DNA of 64,000 nucleotides from Opitutales bacterium. Its GTDB lineage: Bacteria > Verrucomicrobiota > Verrucomicrobiia > Opitutales > UBA953. A program made the translations under genes and the position numbers. Below the pieces are notes generated by a model that was not told where the DNA came from, searched no databases, and was given only the letters and a program-made list of their open reading frames with translations. Positions 12,259 through 22,130 of this stretch are shown here, in pieces. The stretch spans positions 13,415 to 77,414 of the forward strand of contig JBBAUX010000009.1 in NCBI GenBank assembly GCA_040398005.1. The letters run 5' to 3'. Position 1 is the first letter of the stretch, and each line of letters opens with the position of its first letter.

Positions 12259-13166
12259 TCACTTCTACTCCCACCCCCCGAGTTATCTTAACTGGTGCGC
12301 ACGGCCTCGTCGGAAAAGCCGTGGGTGGTACTTTAATTGAAGATGGCTTCTCGGTCTTTCCTTTAAAGTCCCGCCAACATGGTCCGATGTCGATGGACAC
12401 CGCCGCGGGCTGGATTGATAAAGATTTTTTAGAAAATGCGCACGCCGTGGTTCACCTTGCCGGTGAACCCATTGCGCAATGTTGGACGGAGGCGACTAAG
12501 AATCGAATTCTGCTCAGCCGAACCGAAAGCACTGCATTGCTGGCCACGACTTTGGCACAGTTAAGAAATCCTCCAAAAGTATTTATTTCTATTTCAGGCA
12601 TTAATCGGTACGGCTTTCATCGTCCCAAGGAAATTTTAACGGAAAAGTCCGCCGTGTCGCCTCAAGGCTTCTTAGGCGAAGTCACCGAAGCCTGGGAAGC
12701 CGCGACCGCTCCCGCTAAAGCAGCTGGCATTCGGACCGTACACCTCAGAACTGGACTCGTCTTGGCCGCTTCAGGTGGAGCGCTCAAAACGATGCTCCCC
12801 GCGTTTGCGGCCGGTTTAGGTGGAAGGATTGGCCCTGGCACCCAGCATATGAGCTGGATTCGTCTGGGCGATCTAGCCTCACTCGTCACTTGGATTATAA
12901 AAAGTGACAAAATAGAAGGTGCCGTCAATGCGGTGGCCCCACACCCCGTGACGCAAATGGCCTTCGCCCATGAACTCGGGCGGGTTTTAAAACGTCCAAC
13001 ATGCATCCCTATGCCGACTTGGCTGGTAACTACTTTATTCGGCCAAATGGGGAAGGAAACTCTCCTCGCCGACCTCGCAGTCATGCCCGAAGTCGCCTTA
13101 AAATCTGGCTTTAAATTTAACTCACCCCAACTCAATACCGCCCTAGTTAAAGCAATGAGAGAATGA
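12255..13166 (+). CDS. TIGR01777/YfcH family NAD-dependent epimerase
   Basis: ILTGAHGLVG, VVHLAGEPI, LRTGLVL, GLGGRIGPGTQHMSWI. Confidence 0.9.
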   Translation: MITSTPTPRVILTGAHGLVGKAVGGTLIEDGFSVFPLKSRQHGPMSMDTAAGWIDKDFLENAHAVVHLAGEPIAQCWTEATKNRILLSRTESTALLATTLAQLRNPPKVFISISGINRYGFHRPKEILTEKSAVSPQGFLGEVTEAWEAATAPAKAAGIRTVHLRTGLVLAASGGALKTMLPAFAAGLGGRIGPGTQHMSWIRLGDLASLVTWIIKSDKIEGAVNAVAPHPVTQMAFAHELGRVLKRPTCIPMPTWLVTTLFGQMGKETLLADLAVMPEVALKSGFKFNSPQLNTALVKAMRE

Positions 13167-13210
13167 TTTTAGGTTGAGTTTAGAATAGTAAATTGAAATG
13201 TTAACTCAGC

Positions 13211-13942
13211 ATGTCTCGTAAACATTCAGTTACTTTGTCGTGGGTATTAATGACGACCGTTCTTTTGTTCGTGGGTTGCGATGACAACAAGGACTCTAAT
13301 GCGAGGGGGGTTGAGCTCGATGATCCAGAATTTCGTCAAGGTCTCACCTACGTAAAACAACACGAGTCCCGTCGCGCACTTGAATGCTTCTTGCGGGTGA
13401 TTGATTCACGCAAGGGCGCAGCGGCGGAGTCGCACCTCGAAGCCGGTCGCATGTACATCGACTTAAAAGAGCCCCTGCCCGCCATTTATCACTTCAACGA
13501 ATACATTCGGTTAAAACCCACCTCCGACCAAAGTAAAATTGTTCGTCAGATGATTAAAACCGCCGAGAAACTTTATCTCGAACAAATTCCAGGCCGACCA
13601 CTCGAGCCCGATGCCGTGGGGACGACGGATCAATACGCCCAGCTTCAAAAATTAAAATCCGAGAACGAAAGATTAAAACGTGAAGTCTCTGAACTCTCAC
13701 GAGTTAACAAAGTCAGTGAAGCCCCCATGACCAATTCAACAATCACGAGCACGAAAGTGACATCCACCGGTCCAAAATCATCGACGACCTACATCATTAA
13801 ATCGGCCGACACTCTCTCATCCATCTCCCGAAAATTCTACGGTACCGATTCCAGAAAGACAGAAATTTTTAACGCCAATAAAACTAAAATCAAAAATCCA
13901 TCTAAACTCGTGGTGGGTGTGGCGATTGAGATTCCGCAATAG
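13211..13942 (+). CDS. TPR plus coiled-coil plus LysM lipoprotein
   Basis: Lipobox LFVG|C, TPR-like helices, C-terminal LysM YIIKSADTLSSISRKFYG...IFNAN. Confidence 0.85.
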   Translation: MSRKHSVTLSWVLMTTVLLFVGCDDNKDSNARGVELDDPEFRQGLTYVKQHESRRALECFLRVIDSRKGAAAESHLEAGRMYIDLKEPLPAIYHFNEYIRLKPTSDQSKIVRQMIKTAEKLYLEQIPGRPLEPDAVGTTDQYAQLQKLKSENERLKREVSELSRVNKVSEAPMTNSTITSTKVTSTGPKSSTTYIIKSADTLSSISRKFYGTDSRKTEIFNANKTKIKNPSKLVVGVAIEIPQ

Positions 13943-13944
13943 TT

Positions 13945-15003
13945 ATGCGCATTACCCGCATTCGCACGGTCGACTTCAGAAACCTAGTTTTTGCGGATGT
14001 AAATACAGATAACCATCACGTTTTCTTGACCGGTGATAACGGCCAAGGAAAAACCAATTTACTGGAAGCGGCGGGTTTGGTTTCCACCTTTCGTTCTTTT
14101 CGCACCAACGAAATCACACCACTCATCCGCAAGGACTGTAAAGAAGCACGCATCCGACTCGATATTCAGGATGGCACCGGCGAACAGGTTATCGAAATTC
14201 AATTAGCCAAAGGCTCACGCAAGGCCATCGTAAATAATACTCCCGTTCGTTCAGTCGCACAGCACTTAGGACTTTTTCCTACCGTCGTTTTTTGTTCGGA
14301 TGATTTACGCTTAATCCGCGGACAACCTTCTAATCGTCGTCGCTGGCTGGATGCGGCGATTGGGAGCACCGATGCGGTTTATCTGAATGCCGTTCGCGAT
14401 TACCAACGTACCCTCGAAGGTAGAAATGCTTTATTAAAAATGGAGAGACCGTCCGACGACGAATTGCGCGCGTTTGAAAAAATCATGTTCTCCACGGCAG
14501 TGATCATCAATCAAACTCGCGTAGCGGTAATTCCTGAACTCGCTGAGACCTTACGTGCCACCTGTAACCGCTCGGGCTTTCCCAACAAAGGTGCGGATCT
14601 TATTTTCCAAGCCGATTGTCCGATTGAATCGCTGGCCGAGCTCTGGGAAAAAAATCGACCCGCTGAAAAAATCACTGGCACCACCCTACGCGGACCACAG
14701 AAAGATGATTTTAACGTTCTCTTCGAAAATCAAGACGCCGCTGATTTTGCCTCCGAAGGTCAGCAAAGACTCCTCGTTTTAGCCCTTTGCTTAGGCCGAT
14801 TAAAACGCGACGAACTGCGCACCCCCACCCCTCCAGTGATTCTGGCGGACGATGTTCTCGGGGAACTCGACGATACCCGGAGACGAGCATTTTGGCAGGA
14901 AGTAGGCGATTCTCATCAAGTAATTGCCACGGGAACCGTCCCACCCCCGTCCGGAAATTGGCTTACTTATAAAGTTAGCGAAGGAACCTATACCCTAGCT
15001 TGA
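13945..15003 (+). CDS. recF: DNA replication/repair protein RecF
   Basis: DFRN, GDNGQGKTNLLEA, RRRWLD, GPQKDD, SEGQQR, ILADDVLGELD. Confidence 0.95.
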   Translation: MRITRIRTVDFRNLVFADVNTDNHHVFLTGDNGQGKTNLLEAAGLVSTFRSFRTNEITPLIRKDCKEARIRLDIQDGTGEQVIEIQLAKGSRKAIVNNTPVRSVAQHLGLFPTVVFCSDDLRLIRGQPSNRRRWLDAAIGSTDAVYLNAVRDYQRTLEGRNALLKMERPSDDELRAFEKIMFSTAVIINQTRVAVIPELAETLRATCNRSGFPNKGADLIFQADCPIESLAELWEKNRPAEKITGTTLRGPQKDDFNVLFENQDAADFASEGQQRLLVLALCLGRLKRDELRTPTPPVILADDVLGELDDTRRRAFWQEVGDSHQVIATGTVPPPSGNWLTYKVSEGTYTLA

Positions 15004-15046
15004 TTTTGGCGTTGTTTTATGGACATCAGACCTCTTGGATAAAGGC

Positions 15047-15517
15047 ATGACCGACTTTCTGCTCTACGCCGCCGTTGTCTTCTTATTTTTAGTCAGCATC
15101 CTGGTTGTGCTCATAATCCTCATGCAGCCCCCCAGCGCCAACTCAGGAATGGGATCCGCTCTCGGTGGCGGTGCCGCGCAAAGTGTTTTTGGTGGTGAAT
15201 CCACCAACGTCCTCACGAAAATGACGACGACCTTAACGGTCATTTTATTTGTTTTAAGTTTTGGTTTATACCTCGGTTTCGTGGCACGTGAAAATAAAGG
15301 ACCAAAAGCCCTCACACCCGCACCTGCCGTCACCGCTCCTGCTAAACCTGAACCGGTTAAAGCTCCAGTGAGTGCAACTCCTGCTGCACCGGTCGCACCT
15401 GCAAAACCGGTCGCCGCACCCGTCGCTCCAGCCACTAATTCCGTCAGCACACCGACTGAGCCTGTTAAGTCTGAACCTGTCCCAGCTGCCCCCGCAGCCA
15501 CGGGCACCAAACAGTAA
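15047..15517 (+). CDS. secG: Preprotein translocase subunit SecG with Pro/Ala-rich C-terminal tail
   Basis: TM1-ILMQ-GMGSALGGG-VFG-NVLTKMT-TM2. Confidence 0.9.
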   Translation: MTDFLLYAAVVFLFLVSILVVLIILMQPPSANSGMGSALGGGAAQSVFGGESTNVLTKMTTTLTVILFVLSFGLYLGFVARENKGPKALTPAPAVTAPAKPEPVKAPVSATPAAPVAPAKPVAAPVAPATNSVSTPTEPVKSEPVPAAPAATGTKQ

Positions 15518-15523
15518 TCCGCA

Positions 15524-16366
15524 GTGTCACGACTCTTACTCAGCTTGCTTATCTGCTGGGTGACTCTGTCATGCCCGACTCCAAGCTATGCCCAAGGCAA
15601 CTTCGATGACGACGGTTTTGCCCAATTAAATAGCGAGCAAAGCGATCAGGTCCTACAACTTTTCCGACAGTCAAGAATTCCGGGTAATTTTTTTCTTAAG
15701 TTTAATATTATTCATAAACCGCGCCTCGGTGAAAATAAAAAGCCCGTCGAAGGCGCCCTCTGGGCCGGCTGGGCCGACTTCGGACCACAAGTGCGTGGCG
15801 AAATCTTTGATAACGATGGACTAACTCAGCTCTCGTTCGTTGCCGTTAAAAATTTTAAACAATCATCTCTCTGGATTTCAAATAACATGAAGCCAGCCCA
15901 AGCCGGAAATTCTCACGAAGCGAGTGAGCCCATCGTACCAGGACTGATTCTAAGCGCGTTCGATATCAACCTACCCTTCACGCACTGGAAAGAAACCAAA
16001 TACACGGCAACGCTAAGATCGCGTGGTCGCGGTGTGCATTTCTTCGAAGCGCGCAATCCAACCCAAAGTGAACCAGCGAAAGTAGTTTATGGAATTGATC
16101 GGGCCTACGGCGCACTCACTGAAGCGACTTATTACAGTCAGACTGGAAAAATCACGCGAACCCTAAAAATTGAAGACTTTGCTAAAGTCGATGGGCAATG
16201 GATGGTCAGCACCTGCAGTATTCGCGATGAAACGACGCGGGATATCGATGTCTTAAAAATTACCGATGCCGCCGTACGTATCAATTTACTCGAACAAACT
16301 TTTACGCCCGAATCCTTAGTTGAAAAAGCGAAATTCCCCACTCCCGCTGAGTTGAAAAATCTCTAA
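15524..16366 (+). CDS. Exported protein, LolA-like / outer-membrane lipoprotein-sorting fold
   Basis: Signal peptide ending SYA|Q; C-terminal beta motif RTLKIEDFAKVDGQWMV. Confidence 0.6.
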   Translation: MSRLLLSLLICWVTLSCPTPSYAQGNFDDDGFAQLNSEQSDQVLQLFRQSRIPGNFFLKFNIIHKPRLGENKKPVEGALWAGWADFGPQVRGEIFDNDGLTQLSFVAVKNFKQSSLWISNNMKPAQAGNSHEASEPIVPGLILSAFDINLPFTHWKETKYTATLRSRGRGVHFFEARNPTQSEPAKVVYGIDRAYGALTEATYYSQTGKITRTLKIEDFAKVDGQWMVSTCSIRDETTRDIDVLKITDAAVRINLLEQTFTPESLVEKAKFPTPAELKNL

Positions 16367-16368
16367 GC

Positions 16369-17124
16369 ATGAGTGCCTCCGCATTAAAAATTACCCAGTT
16401 CTGCCATCTGGTTACTAATAATAAGAAAATTAAGGATTTTACCGGAGCAAACAATGGCCTGCAATTTCGAGGTAATCCTAAAGTTCGTAAAGTGGGTGCC
16501 GCCGTCGATGCCGGGGCCAAAGTTTTTGAACAGGCGGCTAAACGGGGCGTAGATTATCTAATTGTTCACCACGGCATACATTGGTCGACCGTCTCTCCTA
16601 AAAACGAAGTTAAAAAAATCCGCCAAGCTGCACTCAAAAAAAGTAAACTGTCACTTTATTCAAGCCACCTACCCCTCGATGCCCATCCAGCGATTGGTAA
16701 TAATGCCTTAATCGCCCAAGACCTCGGCTTGAAAGTCGTGCGTTGGTTTGTCGATTTCGAAGGCCTACCCATCGCTTGTATTTGTCGCGGTATCAGTCTT
16801 AAAAAATTAAGTCAGCGTTTAAAAAAGTCTTATCCAAAAACTTTTAAGGCGATTGAATTCGGATCGAAGAATCCAAAGTGGATTGCTATTCTCAGCGGTA
16901 GCGGACGCAGTGCACTGCCCTATCTGAAGTCAGAAAATTGCGATACACTCATCACCGGCGAACTGCGCGAAGAACATTTCAACGAAGCCCAAGAACAGGG
17001 ATGGAATCTTTACCCTTGTGGACATTATGCGACCGAAACTTGGGGCGTGAAAGCACTCGCCGCTGCCGTATCAGCAGAGTTTGATATCCCTTGGGAGTTT
17101 ATCTCGACCGACAATCCTCTTTGA
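16369..17124 (+). CDS. Nif3/YbgI family dinuclear metal protein
   Basis: NGLQ, IVHHG, SHLPLDAHP..GNN, LITGE, GHYATE. Confidence 0.93.
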   Translation: MSASALKITQFCHLVTNNKKIKDFTGANNGLQFRGNPKVRKVGAAVDAGAKVFEQAAKRGVDYLIVHHGIHWSTVSPKNEVKKIRQAALKKSKLSLYSSHLPLDAHPAIGNNALIAQDLGLKVVRWFVDFEGLPIACICRGISLKKLSQRLKKSYPKTFKAIEFGSKNPKWIAILSGSGRSALPYLKSENCDTLITGELREEHFNEAQEQGWNLYPCGHYATETWGVKALAAAVSAEFDIPWEFISTDNPL

Positions 17125-17126
17125 GC

Positions 17127-17981
17127 ATGTCGGACTATCGCGGTCGTATCGCTCCCACACCCACCGGCTTATTGCACGTGGGTCATGCGCGTACCTTCGC
17201 CCAGGCCGCTGAACGAGCTAAGCGTGCCCATGGACAACTCCTCTTTCGTATCGAAGATTTAGATGCTCACCGCTGTCGCGATGAGTTCGCCCAGAAGTCG
17301 ATGGAGGATTGTCGATGGCTAGGCTTCGTGTGGAGCGAAGGTCCTGATATCGGTGGCCCGTTCGGACCCTACATTCAGTCCCAAAGACTTAACTATTATT
17401 TAGAAGTGTGGAAACAGTTACACGCTTCAGGACTGATCTATCCGTGCGATAAATCACGCAAAGATGTGGAACGCGCCTTAGTCGCACCTCACGTCGAAGA
17501 TGATCAGGAACCCATTTTTCCGATTGAGTTAAGGCCTGATAAAAATCTCGGACTCGATGCCACCGAACCAGGAAATCAAAACTGGAGATTTCGAGTTCCC
17601 ATCGGCGAAGAAATTAAATTCCACGATGAACTACAAGGTGCCCAGTCATTCACTGCTGGAAAAGATTTCGGAGATTTTCTGATTTGGCGAAAAGATGGAT
17701 TTCCTTCCTATGAACTGGCGGTTGTTGCCGATGATCATGCGATGAAAATTACCGAGGTAGTTCGTGGTACCGACTTACTCCTCTCCACTGCACGACAGAT
17801 TTTGCTGTATCGTGCGCTTAATTGGACCCCGCCACAATGGGCGCATGTTCCCTTGGTAACGGACGCCCAAGGTCAGCGCTTAGCCAAGCGCACTCACGGT
17901 CTCTCCATCCAAGAGCTACGCGAGAAAGGTATTACCGCCACCACAGTTCTAACCGCACCACTCAAGGCTTTATCAATTTAA
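17127..17981 (+). CDS. gluQ: Glutamyl-queuosine tRNA(Asp) synthetase
   Basis: YRGRIAPTPTGLLHVGH, RIEDLD, VVADD..ITEVVRGTDLL, RLAKR; no anticodon-binding domain. Confidence 0.9.
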   Translation: MSDYRGRIAPTPTGLLHVGHARTFAQAAERAKRAHGQLLFRIEDLDAHRCRDEFAQKSMEDCRWLGFVWSEGPDIGGPFGPYIQSQRLNYYLEVWKQLHASGLIYPCDKSRKDVERALVAPHVEDDQEPIFPIELRPDKNLGLDATEPGNQNWRFRVPIGEEIKFHDELQGAQSFTAGKDFGDFLIWRKDGFPSYELAVVADDHAMKITEVVRGTDLLLSTARQILLYRALNWTPPQWAHVPLVTDAQGQRLAKRTHGLSIQELREKGITATTVLTAPLKALSI

Positions 17982-18026
17982 TAGAGTATTCGTTGCCTTC
18001 GAAGCCCTAAGCCCTAGACCCACTTT

Positions 18027-18818
18027 ATGCAGTCCACCCGGATATTACTCGTAGATAACGGCTCACTCGAAGCCGCGACGACCCTGGGCTTACGGCATCT
18101 TTCCCGAGAAGTAAGTCGGATGATTGGTCACGAGGTCCATCCCGTCTCCGTTCTGCATTCTCAAAAAGTAGCTCCTGAACTTTTAGCTAATAAACCGGCA
18201 CAGATTTTTTCCGAAGCCATCCAGCAAGCTGGTCGTGATGGAATTAAAAAAATAATCATACTCCCACTTTTCATGGGTCCGAGTCTGGCCATCACCGAAT
18301 TTATTCCAGCACAGTTCACCCTCCATGCAACTAAAGATATGCAAATGGTTGTCGCCGATACCTTATTCGGTGCAGACGGAGAACTCTGTGATATACTCAT
18401 CGATAATCTCAAAGCCACTTCTTGGCAGAAAGATAAATCGACCGTCCTGCTCTGTGATCACGGCACTCCCATCATCGAAGTAAATCAGGTTCGTAATCTT
18501 TTAGCTCAAGAAATGAGTAAAAAACTTGGATTAAATTCTCAGCAACTCATTGCCTGCTCGATGGAGCGACGCGAAGGCGATCAATACGCTTTCAACGAAC
18601 CGCTCTTGGAGTCCGCACTTTCTAAAGTATCTGCTCACGCGATTGTTCTCATGCAGTTTCTTCTTCCTGGTCGCCACGCGGGAACGGGCGGCGATGTGGC
18701 AGAAATTTGCGAGAAGCACGCACCCACAGGTATCAGCTGGGAACTCAGTCCTTTAATTGGTACACACCCTAACCTGCCTCGCTTATTAGCCCGCCGATTC
18801 AGCGAATTAAAGGCTTAG
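18027..18818 (+). CDS. CbiX/SirB-type sirohydrochlorin chelatase
   Basis: LLVDNGS, LCDHG, FLLPGRHAG; lies next to cobA and cysI. Confidence 0.8.
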   Translation: MQSTRILLVDNGSLEAATTLGLRHLSREVSRMIGHEVHPVSVLHSQKVAPELLANKPAQIFSEAIQQAGRDGIKKIIILPLFMGPSLAITEFIPAQFTLHATKDMQMVVADTLFGADGELCDILIDNLKATSWQKDKSTVLLCDHGTPIIEVNQVRNLLAQEMSKKLGLNSQQLIACSMERREGDQYAFNEPLLESALSKVSAHAIVLMQFLLPGRHAGTGGDVAEICEKHAPTGISWELSPLIGTHPNLPRLLARRFSELKA

Positions 18819-19585
18819 AGGGTCTCTTCGAAACTGCCGGCCAGGTCGCTTAATTGCGAGTTCTTTACCACGACACCGACCACGGCGATTAAAGGCGTCG
18901 GTAATGAATCTACATCTACCTTATTCTGTGCGAGATCCGTTAACCGGGTGAGCACATCCGTCGCACCGACTTGTGAAATCTTGGACAGCAATCGCACGGG
19001 CATATTTTTATCAGCGCCGGCGTTGATTAATTTCTGAGCGACTTCCGGTAATTTTTTAGCGCCCATGTATAAGCACAAGGTCGCACCCGTCTGCACGTGC
19101 GCGGACCAATTCTGATCCGAACCATCGGCACAGTGACCCGTTAAAAATGTTACCGAAGCAGCTTTGCCTCGATGGGTTAAGGAAAAACCCGCATCCGCTC
19201 CCGCCGCGGTTGCCGCCGTGATTCCAGGTACTATTTCAAAAGGAATACCTTCACTCAACAAATGATCAATCTCCTCACCGAGACGTCCGAAGATACAAGG
19301 GTCTCCGCCTTTTAATCTTACGACTAAGTTAGAGCGTTGAGCTTCAACGCTGATAATTGAATTAATCTCAGACTGAGTTACCGAATGAACGCCACATCTT
19401 TTACCCACCGAAATCACTCGAGCCTTCGGCGAGATCTCCTGGAGCAAATCATCACCCGGTAAACAGTCATAAATAACCACATCGGCCGTTCGTAAGTATT
19501 TCAAACCACGCACAGTGATCAGGTCAGGCGCCCCAGGCCCTGCCCCCACGAAGACCACCCGGCCACTGTTATTATTGTTTACCAT
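18815..19585 (-). CDS. cobA: Uroporphyrinogen-III C-methyltransferase
   Basis: VGAGPGAPDLITVRG, VRLKGGDPCIFGR, VPGITAA, LYMG. Confidence 0.95.
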   Translation of the reverse strand: MVNNNNSGRVVFVGAGPGAPDLITVRGLKYLRTADVVIYDCLPGDDLLQEISPKARVISVGKRCGVHSVTQSEINSIISVEAQRSNLVVRLKGGDPCIFGRLGEEIDHLLSEGIPFEIVPGITAATAAGADAGFSLTHRGKAASVTFLTGHCADGSDQNWSAHVQTGATLCLYMGAKKLPEVAQKLINAGADKNMPVRLLSKISQVGATDVLTRLTDLAQNKVDVDSLPTPLIAVVGVVVKNSQLSDLAGSFEETL

Positions 19586-19594
19586 GTATTTGAC

Positions 19595-19630
19595 TTGACC
19601 CTATTATGTAATCATTGGTAATGTTATCAA
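19595..19630. promoter_or_regulatory. Overlapping divergent promoters for cobA and cysI
   Basis: Plus strand TTGACC(19595)-N18-TAATGT; minus strand TTGATA(19630)-N16-CATAAT. Confidence 0.45.
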
Positions 19631-19655
19631 GTATAAAATTTAATCAACAATCACA

Positions 19656-21404
19656 ATGGAAAAACCACTCACTAAGAATGAATTCATGAAAGCCGAAAAG
19701 CCTGATTTATCGGGCAATATTCAGGCTACCTTGGCGGACCCTTCCCTCGATCGTTTCAGTGGCGACGACGAACAGTTCATTAAGTTCCACGGAATTTACC
19801 AGCAAGACGACCGCGATAAGCGCAAAACGGGCAAAGAATATTCCGTGATGGTGCGCACGCGTCAGACCGGTGGTATCGTTCCAGCATCTCAGTACATTGT
19901 GTACGACGAGCTCTCTAGTTTATTTGCCAACGGAACTCTGCGCATCACCTCTCGTCAAACTTTCCAATTCCACGGCGTACTTCAAAAAGGAATTGGTAAT
20001 TTAATCAAATCCATCAACGAAGCTTTAAGTTCTACTCTTGCGACTTGCGGCGACGTGAATCGCAATGTTACTGCACCTTCTAATCCTCCCGTCGATTCCA
20101 TCGGCGTCGCGGTTGATGAAGATGCTTTCGCAATCACTCGTGCACTGCTTCCTCGCACCACGGCTTATCACTCGATTTGGGTAGAGGGCGTATCACTCGA
20201 TTTAGGCATTGGCGAAACGGTTACTAAGGCACGGGCGAGTGTGGTCGACCAAGCTAATCCTTACATGCCACCTCCTGCGGATAGCGACGATTCGGGTGCA
20301 CCCGTCGACCCTCTCTACGGAAAAACTTATTTGCCTCGTAAATTCAAGACCGGCTTCGCAATTCCTCCGAATAACGATACCGATATTTTCACCAATGATA
20401 TGGGCTATGTAGCCATCGTTGAGAACGGTAAATTAATCGGCTATAATCTTTTAGTCGGTGGCGGACTGGGTACCTCACATGGTAATAAACTCACCTTCCC
20501 TCGCCTCGCTGACGTCATCGGTTTCATCACCCGCGAACAGGTCGTTGAAGTCGGCACTGCCGTTGTCGCCATTCACCGCGATTGGGGCGATCGCACCGAC
20601 CGCAAACACGCACGTATCAAATACGTCTTAGAAGAAAAAGGAGTAGAATGGTTCCGCCACGAACTCGCTCAACGCCTCGGTGCTCCGTTGCCTGCCGCCA
20701 AGCCTTTCATCTTCAAAGGACAAGGCGATGCCTTCGGTTGGTTCAAACAATTAGATGGTCAGTGGTTCCTCGGATTATTTGTCGAAACGGGCCGCGTTAA
20801 AGACGCCGGTGATTATAAATTAAAAACCGCACTTCGCGCTATCGCTGAAAAATTTGGTCCCGTGTTTCGTTTAACCGCGACGCAGAATTTAATTCTCTCA
20901 GACATCAAAGAAGAAAATAAAGCGACGATTGAAAAGATTCTCAACGACCATGGTTGCAGCATCGTATTCAATCCTGGCTTGATCAAAGGTCGCGGTATGG
21001 CTTGCCCTGCTCTGCCTACCTGCGGATTAGCCTTAGCCGAATCCGAACGTATTTTCCCAGCATTACTCGCGAAAATCGAGGACGCTCAAGCCGCCGCGGG
21101 TATCCCCAACGAAGAGCTCGTCGTACGTATGACCGGTTGCCCCAATGGTTGTGCCCGTCCTTACAACGCCGAAATTGGCCTCGTGGGTAAAGCCCCCGGT
21201 AAATATAATCTCATGCTCGGCGGAAACCGCGAAGGCACTCGCCTAGCACGCACTTGGAAAGAATCTGTTTTACTGGACGAAATTCCCGTAGCCATCGGTG
21301 GACTGTTCAAACAATACGCCCAAGAGCGGAAGAATGGACAAGCTTTCGGCGATTGGGTTAACGAAGCAGCCGTCTGGCCAGCTCCTACTGCACCCACTGC
21401 TTAA
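19656..21404 (+). CDS. cysI: Assimilatory sulfite reductase, siroheme/4Fe-4S subunit
   Basis: KFHGIYQQDDRD, CGDVNRNV, YLPRKFK, MACPALPTCGLA, RMTGCPNGCARP. Confidence 0.95.
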   Translation: MEKPLTKNEFMKAEKPDLSGNIQATLADPSLDRFSGDDEQFIKFHGIYQQDDRDKRKTGKEYSVMVRTRQTGGIVPASQYIVYDELSSLFANGTLRITSRQTFQFHGVLQKGIGNLIKSINEALSSTLATCGDVNRNVTAPSNPPVDSIGVAVDEDAFAITRALLPRTTAYHSIWVEGVSLDLGIGETVTKARASVVDQANPYMPPPADSDDSGAPVDPLYGKTYLPRKFKTGFAIPPNNDTDIFTNDMGYVAIVENGKLIGYNLLVGGGLGTSHGNKLTFPRLADVIGFITREQVVEVGTAVVAIHRDWGDRTDRKHARIKYVLEEKGVEWFRHELAQRLGAPLPAAKPFIFKGQGDAFGWFKQLDGQWFLGLFVETGRVKDAGDYKLKTALRAIAEKFGPVFRLTATQNLILSDIKEENKATIEKILNDHGCSIVFNPGLIKGRGMACPALPTCGLALAESERIFPALLAKIEDAQAAAGIPNEELVVRMTGCPNGCARPYNAEIGLVGKAPGKYNLMLGGNREGTRLARTWKESVLLDEIPVAIGGLFKQYAQERKNGQAFGDWVNEAAVWPAPTAPTA

Positions 21405-21410
21405 TTTAAA

Positions 21411-22124
21411 ATGTCCGTACCAGATCCCAGTCAACTCGATGCTCTGGAGGCAAAGTTATTAAACTTTGCCCCGGTTGATCGTTTGCGCTGGGCCGCTGAT
21501 ACTTTCGGATCACGCGCCGGTATTGGAACAAGTTTTCAACCAGCGGGCATCGTCATTATGCACTTAACGAAGACAGCGGGACTGAAAATTCCTGCTTTCA
21601 CTTTAAATACGGGCTTACTCTTTCCTGAAACGCTCGAACTGAAAAAGAAATTAGAGGCTGCTCTCAATAGGCAAATCGAAGAAGTGCATCCGCTCGAGAC
21701 AGTCGAACAACAAGCCGTGTCCCACGGTCCTGAACTTTGGAAAACCAATCCGGAAAAGTGCTGCGAGTTACGCAAAGTGGATTCACTCGGTAAAAAATTA
21801 TATGATCTAGATTTGTGGATTACCGGAATGCGTCGCGACCAAAGCAGCGAACGCGCCTCCACTCCGTTACTCAGTATTGCCTCTCGACCCGATGGCTCCG
21901 ACGTCTGGAAGCTCAATCCTCTCGTGGACTGGAGTCGCGAACAGGTCTGGGCCTACCTCAAGGAACATCAATTACCGCACAACGTCTTACACGATCGCGG
22001 CTATCGCTCCATCGGTTGCTGGCCGTGCACCCAAATTTCAAATTCCGGCGATGAACGCGGCGGGCGATGGCCTGGCTTCGAGAAAAAAGAATGCGGAATT
22101 CACACTAAAAATATTAAAAAATAA
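21411..22124 (+). CDS. cysH: APS/PAPS reductase (Fe-S-containing APS-reductase type)
   Basis: TSF, CCELRK, GYRSIGCWPC, RGGRW, ECGIH. Confidence 0.93.
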   Translation: MSVPDPSQLDALEAKLLNFAPVDRLRWAADTFGSRAGIGTSFQPAGIVIMHLTKTAGLKIPAFTLNTGLLFPETLELKKKLEAALNRQIEEVHPLETVEQQAVSHGPELWKTNPEKCCELRKVDSLGKKLYDLDLWITGMRRDQSSERASTPLLSIASRPDGSDVWKLNPLVDWSREQVWAYLKEHQLPHNVLHDRGYRSIGCWPCTQISNSGDERGGRWPGFEKKECGIHTKNIKK

Positions 22125-22130
22125 TTAATC

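Noticed and set aside
15064..15510. 148-aa Gly/Ala-rich antisense ORF
   Set aside because: It is a shadow of the low-complexity secG tail.
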